Shown here: positions 36,203 to 46,198 of the stretch, piece by piece | Layout: every line of letters begins with the position of its first letter | Numbering within the stretch: position 1 is the first letter of the stretch | IMG/VR virus record: IMGVR_UViG_3300043436_004382 | Location: 1 to 64,000 of that record | Source of the DNA: a virus | DNA length: 64,000 nt | Reading direction: 5' to 3' (one strand) | Translations under genes and position numbers: made by a program | Notes under the pieces: generated by a model | The model's database searches: none | Told to the model about the DNA's origin: nothing | The model's input: only the letters and a program-made list of their open reading frames with translations

Positions 36203-36918
36203 TATTGTTTAAAAACACCTTTCTTTATTAACTTTTGAACCACATGATAAGATGCGTATTCAAGAGATTTCTTAGTTGTGATTCCTATTGTCGATTGATT
36301 GAATTTAATTTCGTCAACATCATCGAGAATGGTTGACGTCTTAACCGTAGATGCTTCTCCTAAGCCTGAGCCCATGATGATTGATCCTGATTCAGCATCC
36401 ACAAATTTAATCTGTAATCCAAGCCGAGTGGTTTGAGTTGCTTTTGCTTGACCCTTCGCTTTTACAACCTCGTCTTCTGATACTGAAAAATCATAAACTT
36501 CAATATAGACAAAGTACTTTGCCAATTTAACTTTTCCGCGGCCGTCAATTTTATTCTCAGTAAAACCTTTATCGCTTGCCTTGAATTGATTAACCATTCT
36601 TTCTTTAATCTCCTTTTTGTCTTCTGTAAATTCAAATCGGTTGGTCATTTCAAGATACTCAAGCACGATATTGGTAACACCAAGCCCGACGCGTTTGTCT
36701 TTTAATTCAGGATACATTTCATAAAGTTCCTCATTAATTCCAATTTTAAGTAGTTGAATTGGGATCTTAAGAGTGTCTGTGTATTCTGGCATTGAATCAA
36801 GAGATGCCTCTTTTTCAAAGCTTGCTTTATATTTGTCAGTTTTAATACTGCCGATCGTTTGGGATTTAGCTGAGAAAGCCAAAGCCAAGCCTAGCAGTAA
36901 GCATATAATGTTTTTCAT
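36202..36918 (-). CDS. Secreted hypothetical protein
   Basis: Signal peptide MKNIICLLLGLALAFSAKSQT. Confidence 0.45.
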   Translation of the reverse strand: MKNIICLLLGLALAFSAKSQTIGSIKTDKYKASFEKEASLDSMPEYTDTLKIPIQLLKIGINEELYEMYPELKDKRVGLGVTNIVLEYLEMTNRFEFTEDKKEIKERMVNQFKASDKGFTENKIDGRGKVKLAKYFVYIEVYDFSVSEDEVVKAKGQAKATQTTRLGLQIKFVDAESGSIIMGSGLGEASTVKTSTILDDVDEIKFNQSTIGITTKKSLEYASYHVVQKLIKKGVFKQ

Positions 36919-36932
36919 AATTTGTGAATAGT

Positions 36933-36970
36933 AAAAAGGGCGGTCAAAGACCGCCCTTATTTTTTTAAAA
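36933..36970. terminator. Rho-independent terminator
   Basis: AAAGGGCGGTC-AAA-GACCGCCCTT followed by TTTTTTT. Confidence 0.55.
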
Positions 36971-36971
36971 A

Positions 36972-37376
36972 TTAAGCTAGAGGTTCTTCGTCCGATAATT
37001 CAGACTCAGCCGTGATCGGGCTTACCGGTTTAGCGTTTGGTTCTGCAATATTTGATAATGAGAAACCGTCCTCTTCGTCAACCTTTTGAATCAGCATTTT
37101 ATCTCTGTCTTCAGAGTTGAACCAGTAGTCAACCACTTTATTTAGGTTACCAACGAAAGCTCCTAATAAGATTAGCAACATCTCTTTCCAATCTTCATTG
37201 ATTGTAGCTCCTATGAATACGCCAGCATTAATACCAACAATAATCAATGTGAATAAACCTAATACGATGGCAGTAATTCTCCAACGATTAGCTTGCATTT
37301 GTTGTAACATGTAGTAGAATCGGTTCTTGTCTTCAACCTTTACATATTCATTACTACCTGAAAACCATTTTTTCAT
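36972..37376 (-). CDS. Membrane protein
   Basis: Two TM helices (ITAIVLGLFTLIIVGINAGVFIG; LLILLGAFVGNL). Confidence 0.4.
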   Translation of the reverse strand: MKKWFSGSNEYVKVEDKNRFYYMLQQMQANRWRITAIVLGLFTLIIVGINAGVFIGATINEDWKEMLLILLGAFVGNLNKVVDYWFNSEDRDKMLIQKVDEEDGFSLSNIAEPNAKPVSPITAESELSDEEPLA

Positions 37377-37527
37377 TTTTTACGATTTGTTTTTTTAGCG
37401 GTCGAAAAAGTCAGGCGGCCAAAATCGCTCAGACTCTTCTTCCTTCATTTGTCTTTTGGCTTCAAAGAAAATCCATGTTAAAAACAGGATTGCCTCGATG
37501 CCAAGCGTTAAAAGAACGTATTTCATA

Positions 37528-37866
37528 TTACCAAGGTGAATCCTCAGTTTCGCTCTTCTTTTCCGCTTTCTTTTCTTCTTTAGCAGCCGCTGGTTTTTCA
37601 ACGATTGTTTTTTCTTTGATCACGGTGGTTGTGCCTCCGCCGTTTGCCATGTTCTTAGAAGAATTATCAACGTTTAAGTTGATGACTGGAGCCGCAGCTG
37701 GTGCAACTTGCTCAGTTTTAGTTTCTTCCTTATCGTGACCTCCGAATAGAGTGGTTGTGAAGTAGGTTCCACCTGCCATAACTGCTGTTGTTGCAACACC
37801 AATTATTGTTTTCTTTAATCCTGACCAAGTTCCGTCATTGGTCTCTACGTTTTGTTCGTCTGACAT
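37528..37866 (-). CDS. Hypothetical membrane-associated protein
   Basis: 112-aa ORF with a TM segment IIGVATTAVMAGGTYFTTTLFGG. Confidence 0.35.
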   Translation of the reverse strand: MSDEQNVETNDGTWSGLKKTIIGVATTAVMAGGTYFTTTLFGGHDKEETKTEQVAPAAAPVINLNVDNSSKNMANGGGTTTVIKEKTIVEKPAAAKEEKKAEKKSETEDSPW

Positions 37867-37884
37867 ACAGATTTCCGTTTTTTT

Positions 37885-39807
37885 TTAGTTTTTGATTATT
37901 CTTTTTGCAGTGATTCGGTTATCACTAGTTGTTTGTAAAACTGCTGTGTAAGTTCCAGGAGTCAAGAAGCCTAGATCTGCTGAGTATCTGTATTTTCCTT
38001 CAGGTATTTGTTCGTTAATTATCTCTATTACGTTCTTACCGTCTAGTGTATAAACTGATACAACTGCTCTAGTGTCTTCTTTAACGCTGAAAATTACCTG
38101 AATTTGTCCTTGTGTTGGATTAGGATAAACTTCAAAATCTTCAACACCAATATTAAATCCTCCACCCATGACTCTCAATACTGAGACCATTCCGTTTGTT
38201 GGAGTGATTACCATATCTCTGGCTGAAGCGTCTCCTGCGAATTTACGAGTAGTATACAAAGGACTTTTACCCCATTCGTCTTGAGGCTTAAGTGCTGCGA
38301 ATTGAATAGTAACTACTTCTTCGCCATTGTTCATTAAGTTATCTTTACCGGTTGGATCAAATCCTCCCCATTCAACTACTCCATTCGATGGATTAACGAA
38401 TGCCATCCATTTTTGAGATTTTTCAGTGCCGTTAACACCTCTGAACTCCAATAGAGATTCATCGTACTTTAGAGCTAATTGAAGAGCTCCTACTCGATCC
38501 GAACCGTTAGTTAAAACCTTTACTGGAATATTAACTAGGTTACCTTCTTCTACTGATAATTTAGGAACGTTAACCTCCATTACTGAAAGAGTTAAATTAT
38601 CGTATTCAACGGTTTCATCAATTACGTATTTGTGAGCATTTGCTGGGTTAACAATTGGAATTGGAGTTAAACGTGCCATGTTATAACCGGTACCGTTAGC
38701 ATCACCAGGAGAAGCAACATAGAACTTAACAGAGTCTACTACTCCGCCACTAATTGTGTAATAAAGTTCGGTTGTACCTGGAATGGTTGATCTATAATTA
38801 GTAGATGATCCGTTAATTGTTGAGTATTCTGAAGCAGAGAAGAATAACACATCTTTAACAGAATTCGGCCATGTGCTGAAACGGCCAGCGATTCTTCCGA
38901 ATACACCGTAAACGTCAGCAACGGTAATTCCGTTTGATCCGTTAACGTCTCCTGTGTAGTAGTCAAAACCAGTAGGAGTAGCTACTCCTAACATCCAGTC
39001 ATTGATTTTTTGAGCATCTGCGGTTGAGACGATGTTACCTACGCTAAGAGTATCACCTTTAACATAGAGGCGAGCATCATAGTAAGTAGTATCAACATCT
39101 TCTGAGAAAGAGAATTTACCTAGAGTGTTAGTTGTGTAGGTAGCAACCTGAGTCCAAGTAGAACCAGTTTTAGGCTTTTTCTCTAAAGCCAGAGTTAAGT
39201 TCTTTGCTGGAGATCCAGTCACGTTTGCGAATTCACCACGAAAATTAAGCTTAACGTTTTTCATGACTCCACCGTAACTATAAAGAGCTAATGTGTCATC
39301 TAAACCGTTAATGTTCGCAGAGCTCGCTGGGAAAGTGGTTGTTCCGGTAATCGCGAGATTTGAAATTGAAGTGTACGTGTGGAAGTTTATTGAGTGAGTA
39401 AATTCAACGTTGAATTGTCTTCCGTCTGGAATAGTGAATGTTGAACTAGAACCGGTGTACGCGATGGTAATTGTGATATTACCCTCAGTGGAGTCAACCA
39501 CGTAATTCAGGCTTTGTGACCAGCTAGTATTGGCTGAGGTAACAACTGGATTTGCGCCGGCAAATGCAGTCTTGTCATACCATACTCTGAACTGGAGACC
39601 TGTAATTTTTGTGGAAGTTGGATTGGCATAGCAGAAGCTAGCATAGGTTTTGCCCGAAGCAACAGTTCCGACCTGGTACGAAGAATCGATCAGGACGTAA
39701 GGTGTTGCTGAGGTTGGTGCCACTGGACAAGTTTGTGCAGCAACCTGATTGGAAATGCCTACTAATAAGAGGCACACCCCAAGAAATAAAGCTTGGATTT
39801 GTTTCAT
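37885..39807 (-). CDS. Secreted protein with a C-terminal type IX secretion system (T9SS) sorting domain
   Basis: Signal peptide MKQIQALFLGVCLLLVGISNQVAAQ. C-terminus VYPNPTQGQIQVIFSVKEDTRAVVSVYTLDGKNVIEIINE..YRYSADLGFLTPGTYTAVLQT matches the Por/T9SS C-terminal domain pattern. Confidence 0.6.
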   Translation of the reverse strand: MKQIQALFLGVCLLLVGISNQVAAQTCPVAPTSATPYVLIDSSYQVGTVASGKTYASFCYANPTSTKITGLQFRVWYDKTAFAGANPVVTSANTSWSQSLNYVVDSTEGNITITIAYTGSSSTFTIPDGRQFNVEFTHSINFHTYTSISNLAITGTTTFPASSANINGLDDTLALYSYGGVMKNVKLNFRGEFANVTGSPAKNLTLALEKKPKTGSTWTQVATYTTNTLGKFSFSEDVDTTYYDARLYVKGDTLSVGNIVSTADAQKINDWMLGVATPTGFDYYTGDVNGSNGITVADVYGVFGRIAGRFSTWPNSVKDVLFFSASEYSTINGSSTNYRSTIPGTTELYYTISGGVVDSVKFYVASPGDANGTGYNMARLTPIPIVNPANAHKYVIDETVEYDNLTLSVMEVNVPKLSVEEGNLVNIPVKVLTNGSDRVGALQLALKYDESLLEFRGVNGTEKSQKWMAFVNPSNGVVEWGGFDPTGKDNLMNNGEEVVTIQFAALKPQDEWGKSPLYTTRKFAGDASARDMVITPTNGMVSVLRVMGGGFNIGVEDFEVYPNPTQGQIQVIFSVKEDTRAVVSVYTLDGKNVIEIINEQIPEGKYRYSADLGFLTPGTYTAVLQTTSDNRITAKRIIKN

Positions 39808-39837
39808 TTTTTACGACTTTTTTATTATTTATCCAAA

Positions 39838-39872
39838 ACAAATCTGCCCGAACCTAGGCTCGGGCAGAAAAA
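39838..39872 (-). terminator. Rho-independent terminator
   Basis: CTGCCCGAACCTAGGCTCGGGCAG hairpin with a T-run on the minus strand. Confidence 0.5.
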
Positions 39873-39893
39873 GTCGTAAAAAAGATTAGCTAA

Positions 39894-40067
39894 TTACTCT
39901 GAGCAGCAAGCTGTATCAGCCTTGATACTAGTTGTGTCAACTGCAGTTGCAGTCGAGTCAACTTGAGTTGTATCTTGACTAGTAGAAGTTGCCTCAGTCG
40001 CGGTATTTTGACAGCTTGTCAAAGCTCCAGCGAAGATCATTGCGATCGCGAAAAATAGATTTTTCAT
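39894..40067 (-). CDS. Small putative lipoprotein (57 aa; not in the ORF track)
   Basis: MKNLFFAIAMIFAGALTSCQNTAT... has a signal peptide with a lipobox-like LTSC; Thr/Ser-rich. Confidence 0.35.
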   Translation of the reverse strand: MKNLFFAIAMIFAGALTSCQNTATEATSTSQDTTQVDSTATAVDTTSIKADTACCSE

Positions 40068-40109
40068 GTCTGTTTGTTTTTTTATTTTAAAGATTGAGTT
40101 ATTATTATA

Positions 40110-40514
40110 CTACTTTTTAGCTCGGAGTTTCCCAAGAATAAATCGCTTGGCCTCAAGTTTGTCGCGGTTGCTTCGATTATTTGAACTTATCTCATAGGGA
40201 TGATTTTCATAACTCGTCCGATATTCGTGGTACTTATTCATGTCCTGTTGAAAATGAGTGTACTCATGAATGACCGTCGAACACCAACCCAATAAGGACC
40301 GGTGATACCTTGGGTTCAGAGTAATTGTATTGTTGTATTGCATGTACTGGCCAATGTACTCTAAATTAGAATCAAGCTTGATCTTTAGAGTTTTTAAATT
40401 AGCGTATTCGCTGGGCCCGTATTTTTCAATACACCAACTAAGAATTAACTTTGCACTTTTCAGATTGACGTGAGGGCTCATACTAGGATTATTTATTAGA
40501 CCTTTTAGGCCCAT
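40110..40514 (-). CDS. Small HExxH protein (putative zinc metallopeptidase, SprT/WLM-like)
   Basis: WCSTVIHEYTHFQQ motif. Confidence 0.45.
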   Translation of the reverse strand: MGLKGLINNPSMSPHVNLKSAKLILSWCIEKYGPSEYANLKTLKIKLDSNLEYIGQYMQYNNTITLNPRYHRSLLGWCSTVIHEYTHFQQDMNKYHEYRTSYENHPYEISSNNRSNRDKLEAKRFILGKLRAKK

Positions 40515-40547
40515 ACGGTTCTAATAAATAACAAGAAAATCATACTT

Positions 40548-41375
40548 ATGTTACTAAAGAATGGATCTTCAGGACCTGAAGTTAAACAACTTCAGGAAAA
40601 ACTTGGTCTTACCGCAGACGGTCAATTTGGACCTGGCACTGAGACTAAGGTAAAAGAATGGCAAGCAGCTAACGGCCTATCGGCTGACGGTATTGTTGGC
40701 CCGGCCTCTTGGTCAAAATTAATGGGAGCAGCCCCAGCTCAAGCAGCTGCACCAGTTGCAATCCCAGTTAGCGAATTTAAACTAGCTAATCTAAAAGGAC
40801 ACGTTCCGGATACAGTAATCGCTCAGATTCCTGATACTGCTGCAAAATTCGGCATCACAACTCCATTGAGACTTGCTCACTTCTTGGCACAATGTGGCCA
40901 TGAGTCTGGCGGATTCAAAGCAGTTCAAGAAAACTTAAATTACGGAGCAAAGGGTCTAAGAGGTATTTTTGCGAAGTACTTCCCAACCGATGCAAAAGCT
41001 CTAGAATACGAGCGTAAGCCGGAAAAAATTGCTAACCTAGTTTACGGTAACCGTATGGGTAATGGTGCTGAAACTACTGGTGAAGGTTATAAATTTCGCG
41101 GTCGTGGTTATATTCAACTGACTGGAAAGGATAACTACTCTAGATTCGACAAAACGGTTGATGAGAATATTATCGCAAATCCAGACCTAGTTGCAACCAA
41201 GTATCCATTGGCATCTGCTGCATTCTTTTTTCAGTCAAATGGTCTTTGGGCAATTTGCGATAAGGGAGCTGACGATGCTACTGTAACTTCAGTTACTAAG
41301 AGAGTTAACGGTGGAACAATCGGTCTTGCTGATCGTTTGAAACACTTTAAAGAGTACTACGCTCTACTAAAATAA
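40548..41375 (+). CDS. Endolysin: N-terminal peptidoglycan-binding domain plus GH19-type lysozyme domain
   Basis: PG_binding_1-like repeats (GSSGPEVKQLQEKLGLTADGQFGPGTE..; DGIVGPASW). Catalytic-domain motifs AHFLAQCGHESGGF and GRGYIQLTGKDNY are GH19 signatures. Confidence 0.75.
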   Translation: MLLKNGSSGPEVKQLQEKLGLTADGQFGPGTETKVKEWQAANGLSADGIVGPASWSKLMGAAPAQAAAPVAIPVSEFKLANLKGHVPDTVIAQIPDTAAKFGITTPLRLAHFLAQCGHESGGFKAVQENLNYGAKGLRGIFAKYFPTDAKALEYERKPEKIANLVYGNRMGNGAETTGEGYKFRGRGYIQLTGKDNYSRFDKTVDENIIANPDLVATKYPLASAAFFFQSNGLWAICDKGADDATVTSVTKRVNGGTIGLADRLKHFKEYYALLK

Positions 41376-41385
41376 CGATTAGACA

Positions 41386-41691
41386 ATGCCAGCACCAATA
41401 CGCATAAGGCGAATAGTCCCAGCGAAAGCAGTCGGAGAAATATTTAGGGCGTTGAGCAGAAGACAATCTAATTGGCTACTGTGCGACGGTTCGAACTACA
41501 ATCCTCAAGAGTATCCAGAGTTAGCCGAAATTCTTTCCGGTTATGGAGCTGACTATGGGGTTTTGCCAGACTGTCGGCCTAGGAATTTTAGTGGTGAGGT
41601 TATCGACGCTTCTCCTGGCCAGATGATTGAAGGTTACGGTTCGTACATTCCTACGTATATCGTCGTAGCACAAGTCGGTAAACCTGTCTAG
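41386..41691 (+). CDS. Phage tail collar domain protein
   Basis: NWLLCDGSNYNPQEYPELAEILSG matches the tail-collar domain signature GWLLCDGS...YP.L. Confidence 0.55.
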   Translation: MPAPIRIRRIVPAKAVGEIFRALSRRQSNWLLCDGSNYNPQEYPELAEILSGYGADYGVLPDCRPRNFSGEVIDASPGQMIEGYGSYIPTYIVVAQVGKPV

Positions 41692-41875
41692 AAACTACTC
41701 GAATTCAATTGAGTTTTTCTCAACAAATTCAAGGAAAGCAGCTTCGGCTGCTTTTTTTGTTTTAAAAGGCCCAGCGACCAATACTTGATCAAATTCAGTT
41801 GGATCGGTAACTTCGAATTCTCCGTTAAGAGTTTCGTAAACGAAAGAGTCTAAGATTTCTTGGGTTATCATGTGA

Positions 41876-42829
41876 TTATATTTTTTCTAAGTGTTTGTCC
41901 ATTGAGATTGAATTAACTATTGCTTCGATTGCAGCTGCAATTGATGGAGCACAGCTTACCACCTGGATCTTGGGGTTATTGATTTGCTCAATAGAATCAG
42001 TAATGATTAGCTTATCAAGATCAGTTGAGCCTGCAATTCTTTCATGACCTAGGCCTGACAGTACTCCATGTGAGATCACCGCAGTTACCTTCTTTGCACC
42101 GCCTTCTTTTAAGAGTCGAGCTGCATTGACTAAGGTTCCGCCGGTGTCTATCATATCGTCCACTAGTATCACGTGACGATCCTTGACGTCTCCAATCAAA
42201 TCCATTCTCTCAATTGAATTTGGCTTGTCTCTTAGTTTTGATAGCATCGCAAAGTGAGTGTCCGGAAATTTATACAGAAACTTCTGATAGAAACGGCTCG
42301 CTCTTTTTACGCCACCTGCATCTGGGGAACAGATACAGTACTCGTCAGAGGTTAGAGTCCTAATGAATGGAGCGAATGCTACATGACCAGGAATCATGTT
42401 GACTGGAATGTCAAAGAATCCTTGAATCTGTTCTGCATGTAGATCGATTGAAATGATTCGGTTGGCACCTGCCGTTTGTAAAAGATCGGCCATTAATTTT
42501 GCACCGATTGCTCCGCGCATGCCTTCCTTTCGATCCTGTCTTGAATAGCCAAAGTACGGCAATACTACAATTACTTCAGACGCAGATGCACGTTTTGCGG
42601 CATCTATTGAGAGTAATAGTGTCAACATTTTCTCAGGAGAGGTTGTGCTTGAGACCAAGAAAACTTTCTTGTCCCTAACCGATTCCATGAACTGCGGGCT
42701 AATCTCGCCGTCAGAAAAGGTGTCCACCTTAAATTTGCCTAGAATTTGGTCGTAGTCGTCAGAGTCCAATTGGATCGCGATGTCTTTGGCTAGCTTTGAG
42801 CCGTCGATTGAGAAAATTTTGTAGTTCAT
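41876..42829 (-). CDS. prs: Ribose-phosphate pyrophosphokinase (PRPP synthetase)
   Basis: VVLPYFGYSRQDRK, DLHAEQIQGFFDIP and VDDMIDTGGT motifs. Confidence 0.85.
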   Translation of the reverse strand: MNYKIFSIDGSKLAKDIAIQLDSDDYDQILGKFKVDTFSDGEISPQFMESVRDKKVFLVSSTTSPEKMLTLLLSIDAAKRASASEVIVVLPYFGYSRQDRKEGMRGAIGAKLMADLLQTAGANRIISIDLHAEQIQGFFDIPVNMIPGHVAFAPFIRTLTSDEYCICSPDAGGVKRASRFYQKFLYKFPDTHFAMLSKLRDKPNSIERMDLIGDVKDRHVILVDDMIDTGGTLVNAARLLKEGGAKKVTAVISHGVLSGLGHERIAGSTDLDKLIITDSIEQINNPKIQVVSCAPSIAAAIEAIVNSISMDKHLEKI

Positions 42830-43290
42830 TATTGCTTTTTGGAATTTGTTTTCTTTTTAATCATTTCCTCTGGCGTAAGCAGTGCTCTGCCGTATTCCTT
42901 CATACGCTCAGCGTATCTCTCCTTGACTCTTTCGCTAATTGCAAGCGGAGTACCCTCATCGTCAATTCTTACGAACTTGATATTCGTATGTGTTACTACT
43001 GTCTGAAGGCCGGTGAAGACGTTGTGCTTACGAACCTCAATGTAGAGAGTAATTGATGTTGTTCCAAATTCCTTGACCTCACCGTAAACTTTTAGAATAT
43101 TACCTACCTTTACTGGCTTTGCAAAGATAAGCTCATCTATTTTTAAGGTCACGACTCTCTGAGTATCGCAGGTCTGAGATGCATAACTTGCGGAGGCATC
43201 GTCTATTATTGAAAGGATTGTTCCGCCGAACATGTTATCGTGAATTCCGATATCTCCTTTCTTACAGATGTATGTGCTAATTAATTCCAT
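42829..43290 (-). CDS. Hotdog-fold acyl-CoA thioesterase (YciA/4HBT-like)
   Basis: IGIHDNMFGGTILSIIDDASA ... pattern typical of the 4HBT family. Confidence 0.6.
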   Translation of the reverse strand: MELISTYICKKGDIGIHDNMFGGTILSIIDDASASYASQTCDTQRVVTLKIDELIFAKPVKVGNILKVYGEVKEFGTTSITLYIEVRKHNVFTGLQTVVTHTNIKFVRIDDEGTPLAISERVKERYAERMKEYGRALLTPEEMIKKKTNSKKQ

Positions 43291-43832
43291 GATTCTTCTA
43301 TACGATCGCCATCCGGTTTTGAGTAAACTATCTTGTTTGGATTTACCTCATACGCTTTGTTCTTGAATTTCTCAACGTATTTCTTGCCCATTCCAGGTTT
43401 TAAGTAACCGATCGTCGCATGTGGATGATAGTCCGGAAAATTGGTGGTGTGAGGTAGTTCGCTAAGCTTGGCATTAATTTCGTATAGAGCTGAGTTCTGA
43501 ACATCGAACTTCAGTACATCGTATTTCTCATTTTCAAATAGAGAAGCATTGACTAACATCAACGGACCTATTGGTCTAGACTTACAAATGTCCATTACAG
43601 TATCGTCATTGATCTCGTTTGAGTGAAGGCCGTAGAGTAGAGTGGTGTGAGGTTCATCCTCTAATCCAAAAGATCGATCGCCTTCTTCAGTATAAACGTC
43701 GTCTGAATCTATTTCAGCATGAAATTCCTGCATCTGTGGAAAATCGAAATACACCATGGCACAGCCATAGGAATGAGAATCGCCCTTCTTTTCAAAAAGA
43801 CCTGCGATGAATTGTGTGAATGATTTAATCAT
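43281..43832 (-). CDS. 2H-phosphoesterase superfamily protein (LigT / 2'-5' RNA ligase / cyclic phosphodiesterase-like)
   Basis: Two HxT motifs (HTTLLYGL and HATIGY) at the expected spacing. N-terminus MIKSFTQFIAGLF is motif-family-like. Confidence 0.6.
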   Translation of the reverse strand: MIKSFTQFIAGLFEKKGDSHSYGCAMVYFDFPQMQEFHAEIDSDDVYTEEGDRSFGLEDEPHTTLLYGLHSNEINDDTVMDICKSRPIGPLMLVNASLFENEKYDVLKFDVQNSALYEINAKLSELPHTTNFPDYHPHATIGYLKPGMGKKYVEKFKNKAYEVNPNKIVYSKPDGDRIEESWN

Positions 43833-43835
43833 GGA

Positions 43836-44213
43836 TTAACGATTTTTATGGGTTAAACTTTCTGAGTCTAAGTAATCTTCGTAGCGTTTGCCTACTTTAT
43901 AAGAGCCGTCTTGTCTAAATACGACTAGTGCATTTTCTAATTTAGGAGAGGCTTCGTTCTCGAATCTAGCATCCATTTCATAAAGAACATAAACGTCAGT
44001 CTCCAATGATCTTGCTAGTTCAGATAGTTCTTCGTGACTTAATGTCAAGTCAATGTCACCGAACCAGATCTTTCCTTCGTTTTTGGTACACACGTTTGCA
44101 TTAAATACTGCAATGTTTTTTGGATACCTATTGCAATATCCGCTCTTTGAGCCAGAGATCATTCGGCCGTTCATGCCTAGTATTTTACTGGCTGTTTCTT
44201 TAAATATTGTCAT
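43836..44213 (-). CDS. Hypothetical protein
   Basis: 125-aa ORF. Confidence 0.4.
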   Translation of the reverse strand: MTIFKETASKILGMNGRMISGSKSGYCNRYPKNIAVFNANVCTKNEGKIWFGDIDLTLSHEELSELARSLETDVYVLYEMDARFENEASPKLENALVVFRQDGSYKVGKRYEDYLDSESLTHKNR

Positions 44214-44358
44214 TTGTAATTATTTCTTTTAGTCTTTTAATTTCTTCAATAACATCGTCTCCTAACTCAATCTTTGACATCATAGTCAAATCAGCTATTT
44301 GAGATTCGTATAATTCGATCAATTGATCTTTTGCACTTTCAATATTCATAAGCCTATT

Positions 44359-45720
44359 TTACTTCAATGTGGTTTTAAGGTTTTTCTTTAGTTCAACTAA
44401 ATCTTCTCTGTACATATCAATTGGCTCCTTCTTTTTAATCTCAGCCAATTCAGCTTTCTTTTCAGCAACCTCTTTTAAAAGCTGTTCGTAAGTCTCTTTA
44501 GTTAATGAATGAATCGGCATGTTCAGTAGGTAATTATACGATCCATTAACCTCATCAAAACCTGCGGTCTGTAAGTAACTAACGATTTCTTTACGTGGAA
44601 CGTTATTGATCTTTAGTTTACCATCAATGATTAACTTTACGAACTTCGCTCTGTTTGATAAGTAAACCAATTCTTCGCCGTACTTCTTTATTAGGAATGC
44701 CTTACGTTTTGAATAGAAGCCTAATCTGAAATTAACGAAGTATTCCACCACTTGTGAAACTTCTTCGAATATGATTAGCTTGCCCTTTTCATTCAAACAA
44801 GTCAAGTTCTCAGTTTCAGTCTCAATCATCTTTAGAGTCTGATCCAATTTACCCTTTGCGATTAAGTCAGAGAGAGTTGCTCTTGCGAATTTAATGGTGT
44901 AATTGATTCCATCCGTTGAGTTATCTTCATACGAGTAAATGATACCCCTATCTTGTAATGAGTTAAGATGAGTCTCGTATTTCTGAAAGGTCATTGATGG
45001 CGGAAGCTCTGTGATGTTGACAGTTGTCGTATTCTGGATTTCATAGACTCCACGCATTATGTACTGATTGGTTCCAGTAACGTTCTCAACCGGGCCAGAA
45101 TATTCCTTCCACCAAGGTAAAAGCTTACCGACTTTCTTTCCATCAAGAACCTTTAGGCAAGAATCAACAAGATCCAGAGGGTTTCGGTTTAAAATATTCG
45201 TGGCGAATCCTACTGCAATTCCCGAACTACCGTTTAGTAAAACAGTCGGAATGATTGGTAAAAAGAATTTAGGCTCAATCACATTACCCTCTTCTACTTG
45301 ATTCTCCAATAGTTCAAAGTCTTTGTACAAGAGTCTGAAATTACCAGTAAGCTTGGTAGAGATGTAACGAGCTGCACCAGCTTCAGGCGATCTTAGGGAT
45401 CCGAACTGACCGATCTCATCAAGTAAAGGTAGGGAATTCTTGAATGACTGAGCCATACCAATGATTGCACCATTTAATGAGCCGTCACCGTGATGATAAT
45501 GAGCATCAGCTGCAATCTTACCACCTAATTGAAATATCTTTAGGGGCTTCTCATTACCTGATCTCCAAACTTTATCAGCAATAAAGATGATCTTACGAGC
45601 AGTAGGTTTAAATCCATCAATCACCGAGGGGATCGCTCGATTTTCTAATGTGTACATACCGTACATCGCATAATCTTGATCGAGATATTCAGTTACAGTT
45701 TTATTCTTTAATTGAATCAT
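44359..45720 (-). CDS. DNA topoisomerase II medium subunit (T4 gp52-like, GyrA N-terminal homolog)
   Basis: 453 aa; RAIPSVIDGFKPTARKIIF breakage-reunion region. Confidence 0.75.
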   Translation of the reverse strand: MIQLKNKTVTEYLDQDYAMYGMYTLENRAIPSVIDGFKPTARKIIFIADKVWRSGNEKPLKIFQLGGKIAADAHYHHGDGSLNGAIIGMAQSFKNSLPLLDEIGQFGSLRSPEAGAARYISTKLTGNFRLLYKDFELLENQVEEGNVIEPKFFLPIIPTVLLNGSSGIAVGFATNILNRNPLDLVDSCLKVLDGKKVGKLLPWWKEYSGPVENVTGTNQYIMRGVYEIQNTTTVNITELPPSMTFQKYETHLNSLQDRGIIYSYEDNSTDGINYTIKFARATLSDLIAKGKLDQTLKMIETETENLTCLNEKGKLIIFEEVSQVVEYFVNFRLGFYSKRKAFLIKKYGEELVYLSNRAKFVKLIIDGKLKINNVPRKEIVSYLQTAGFDEVNGSYNYLLNMPIHSLTKETYEQLLKEVAEKKAELAEIKKKEPIDMYREDLVELKKNLKTTLK

Positions 45721-45734
45721 GTGTTATTAATATA

Positions 45735-46115
45735 CTAATTTAGGTCTAAACAGACCGTTGTTAAAAATCGATGGTCTTCAGGTAGAGTCAAAAGCTCTCT
45801 GATATGGTCTTCACGAGCCGCTTGAAATTTCTCAGGCTCGCTGTTACTCCAAAGAGTTACCTGATCGTAATGATTTAGCTTGGCCAGTCTAATCAGTTCA
45901 GCATAATCCGTATCTCTTAAATGGCCCTTGAGCGGCATGAGTCCACCGACGCAAGTATTCCACTTAAGCTTACGGCCGTCATAAGTTATCCAATAGTAAT
46001 CCATCGCATCTTCGCCGACCGCAATAAGTCTTTCGATATCCCAGCAAGCATTGATTACGAACTGGCCTTTGAGTTTCTCAAACTCTGCAAGGATTAGGGT
46101 TTTATTGTCTGTCAT
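45735..46115 (-). CDS. Hypothetical protein
   Basis: 126-aa ORF between the two topoisomerase subunits. Confidence 0.4.
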   Translation of the reverse strand: MTDNKTLILAEFEKLKGQFVINACWDIERLIAVGEDAMDYYWITYDGRKLKWNTCVGGLMPLKGHLRDTDYAELIRLAKLNHYDQVTLWSNSEPEKFQAAREDHIRELLTLPEDHRFLTTVCLDLN

Positions 46116-46198
46116 TTAGAATTTTTGAAATGTTGAGCGTTCGCGAGTCCAATCAATTGACCTCTGTATTTTTGCTATGAACTGTATAAAGCGTTTCA

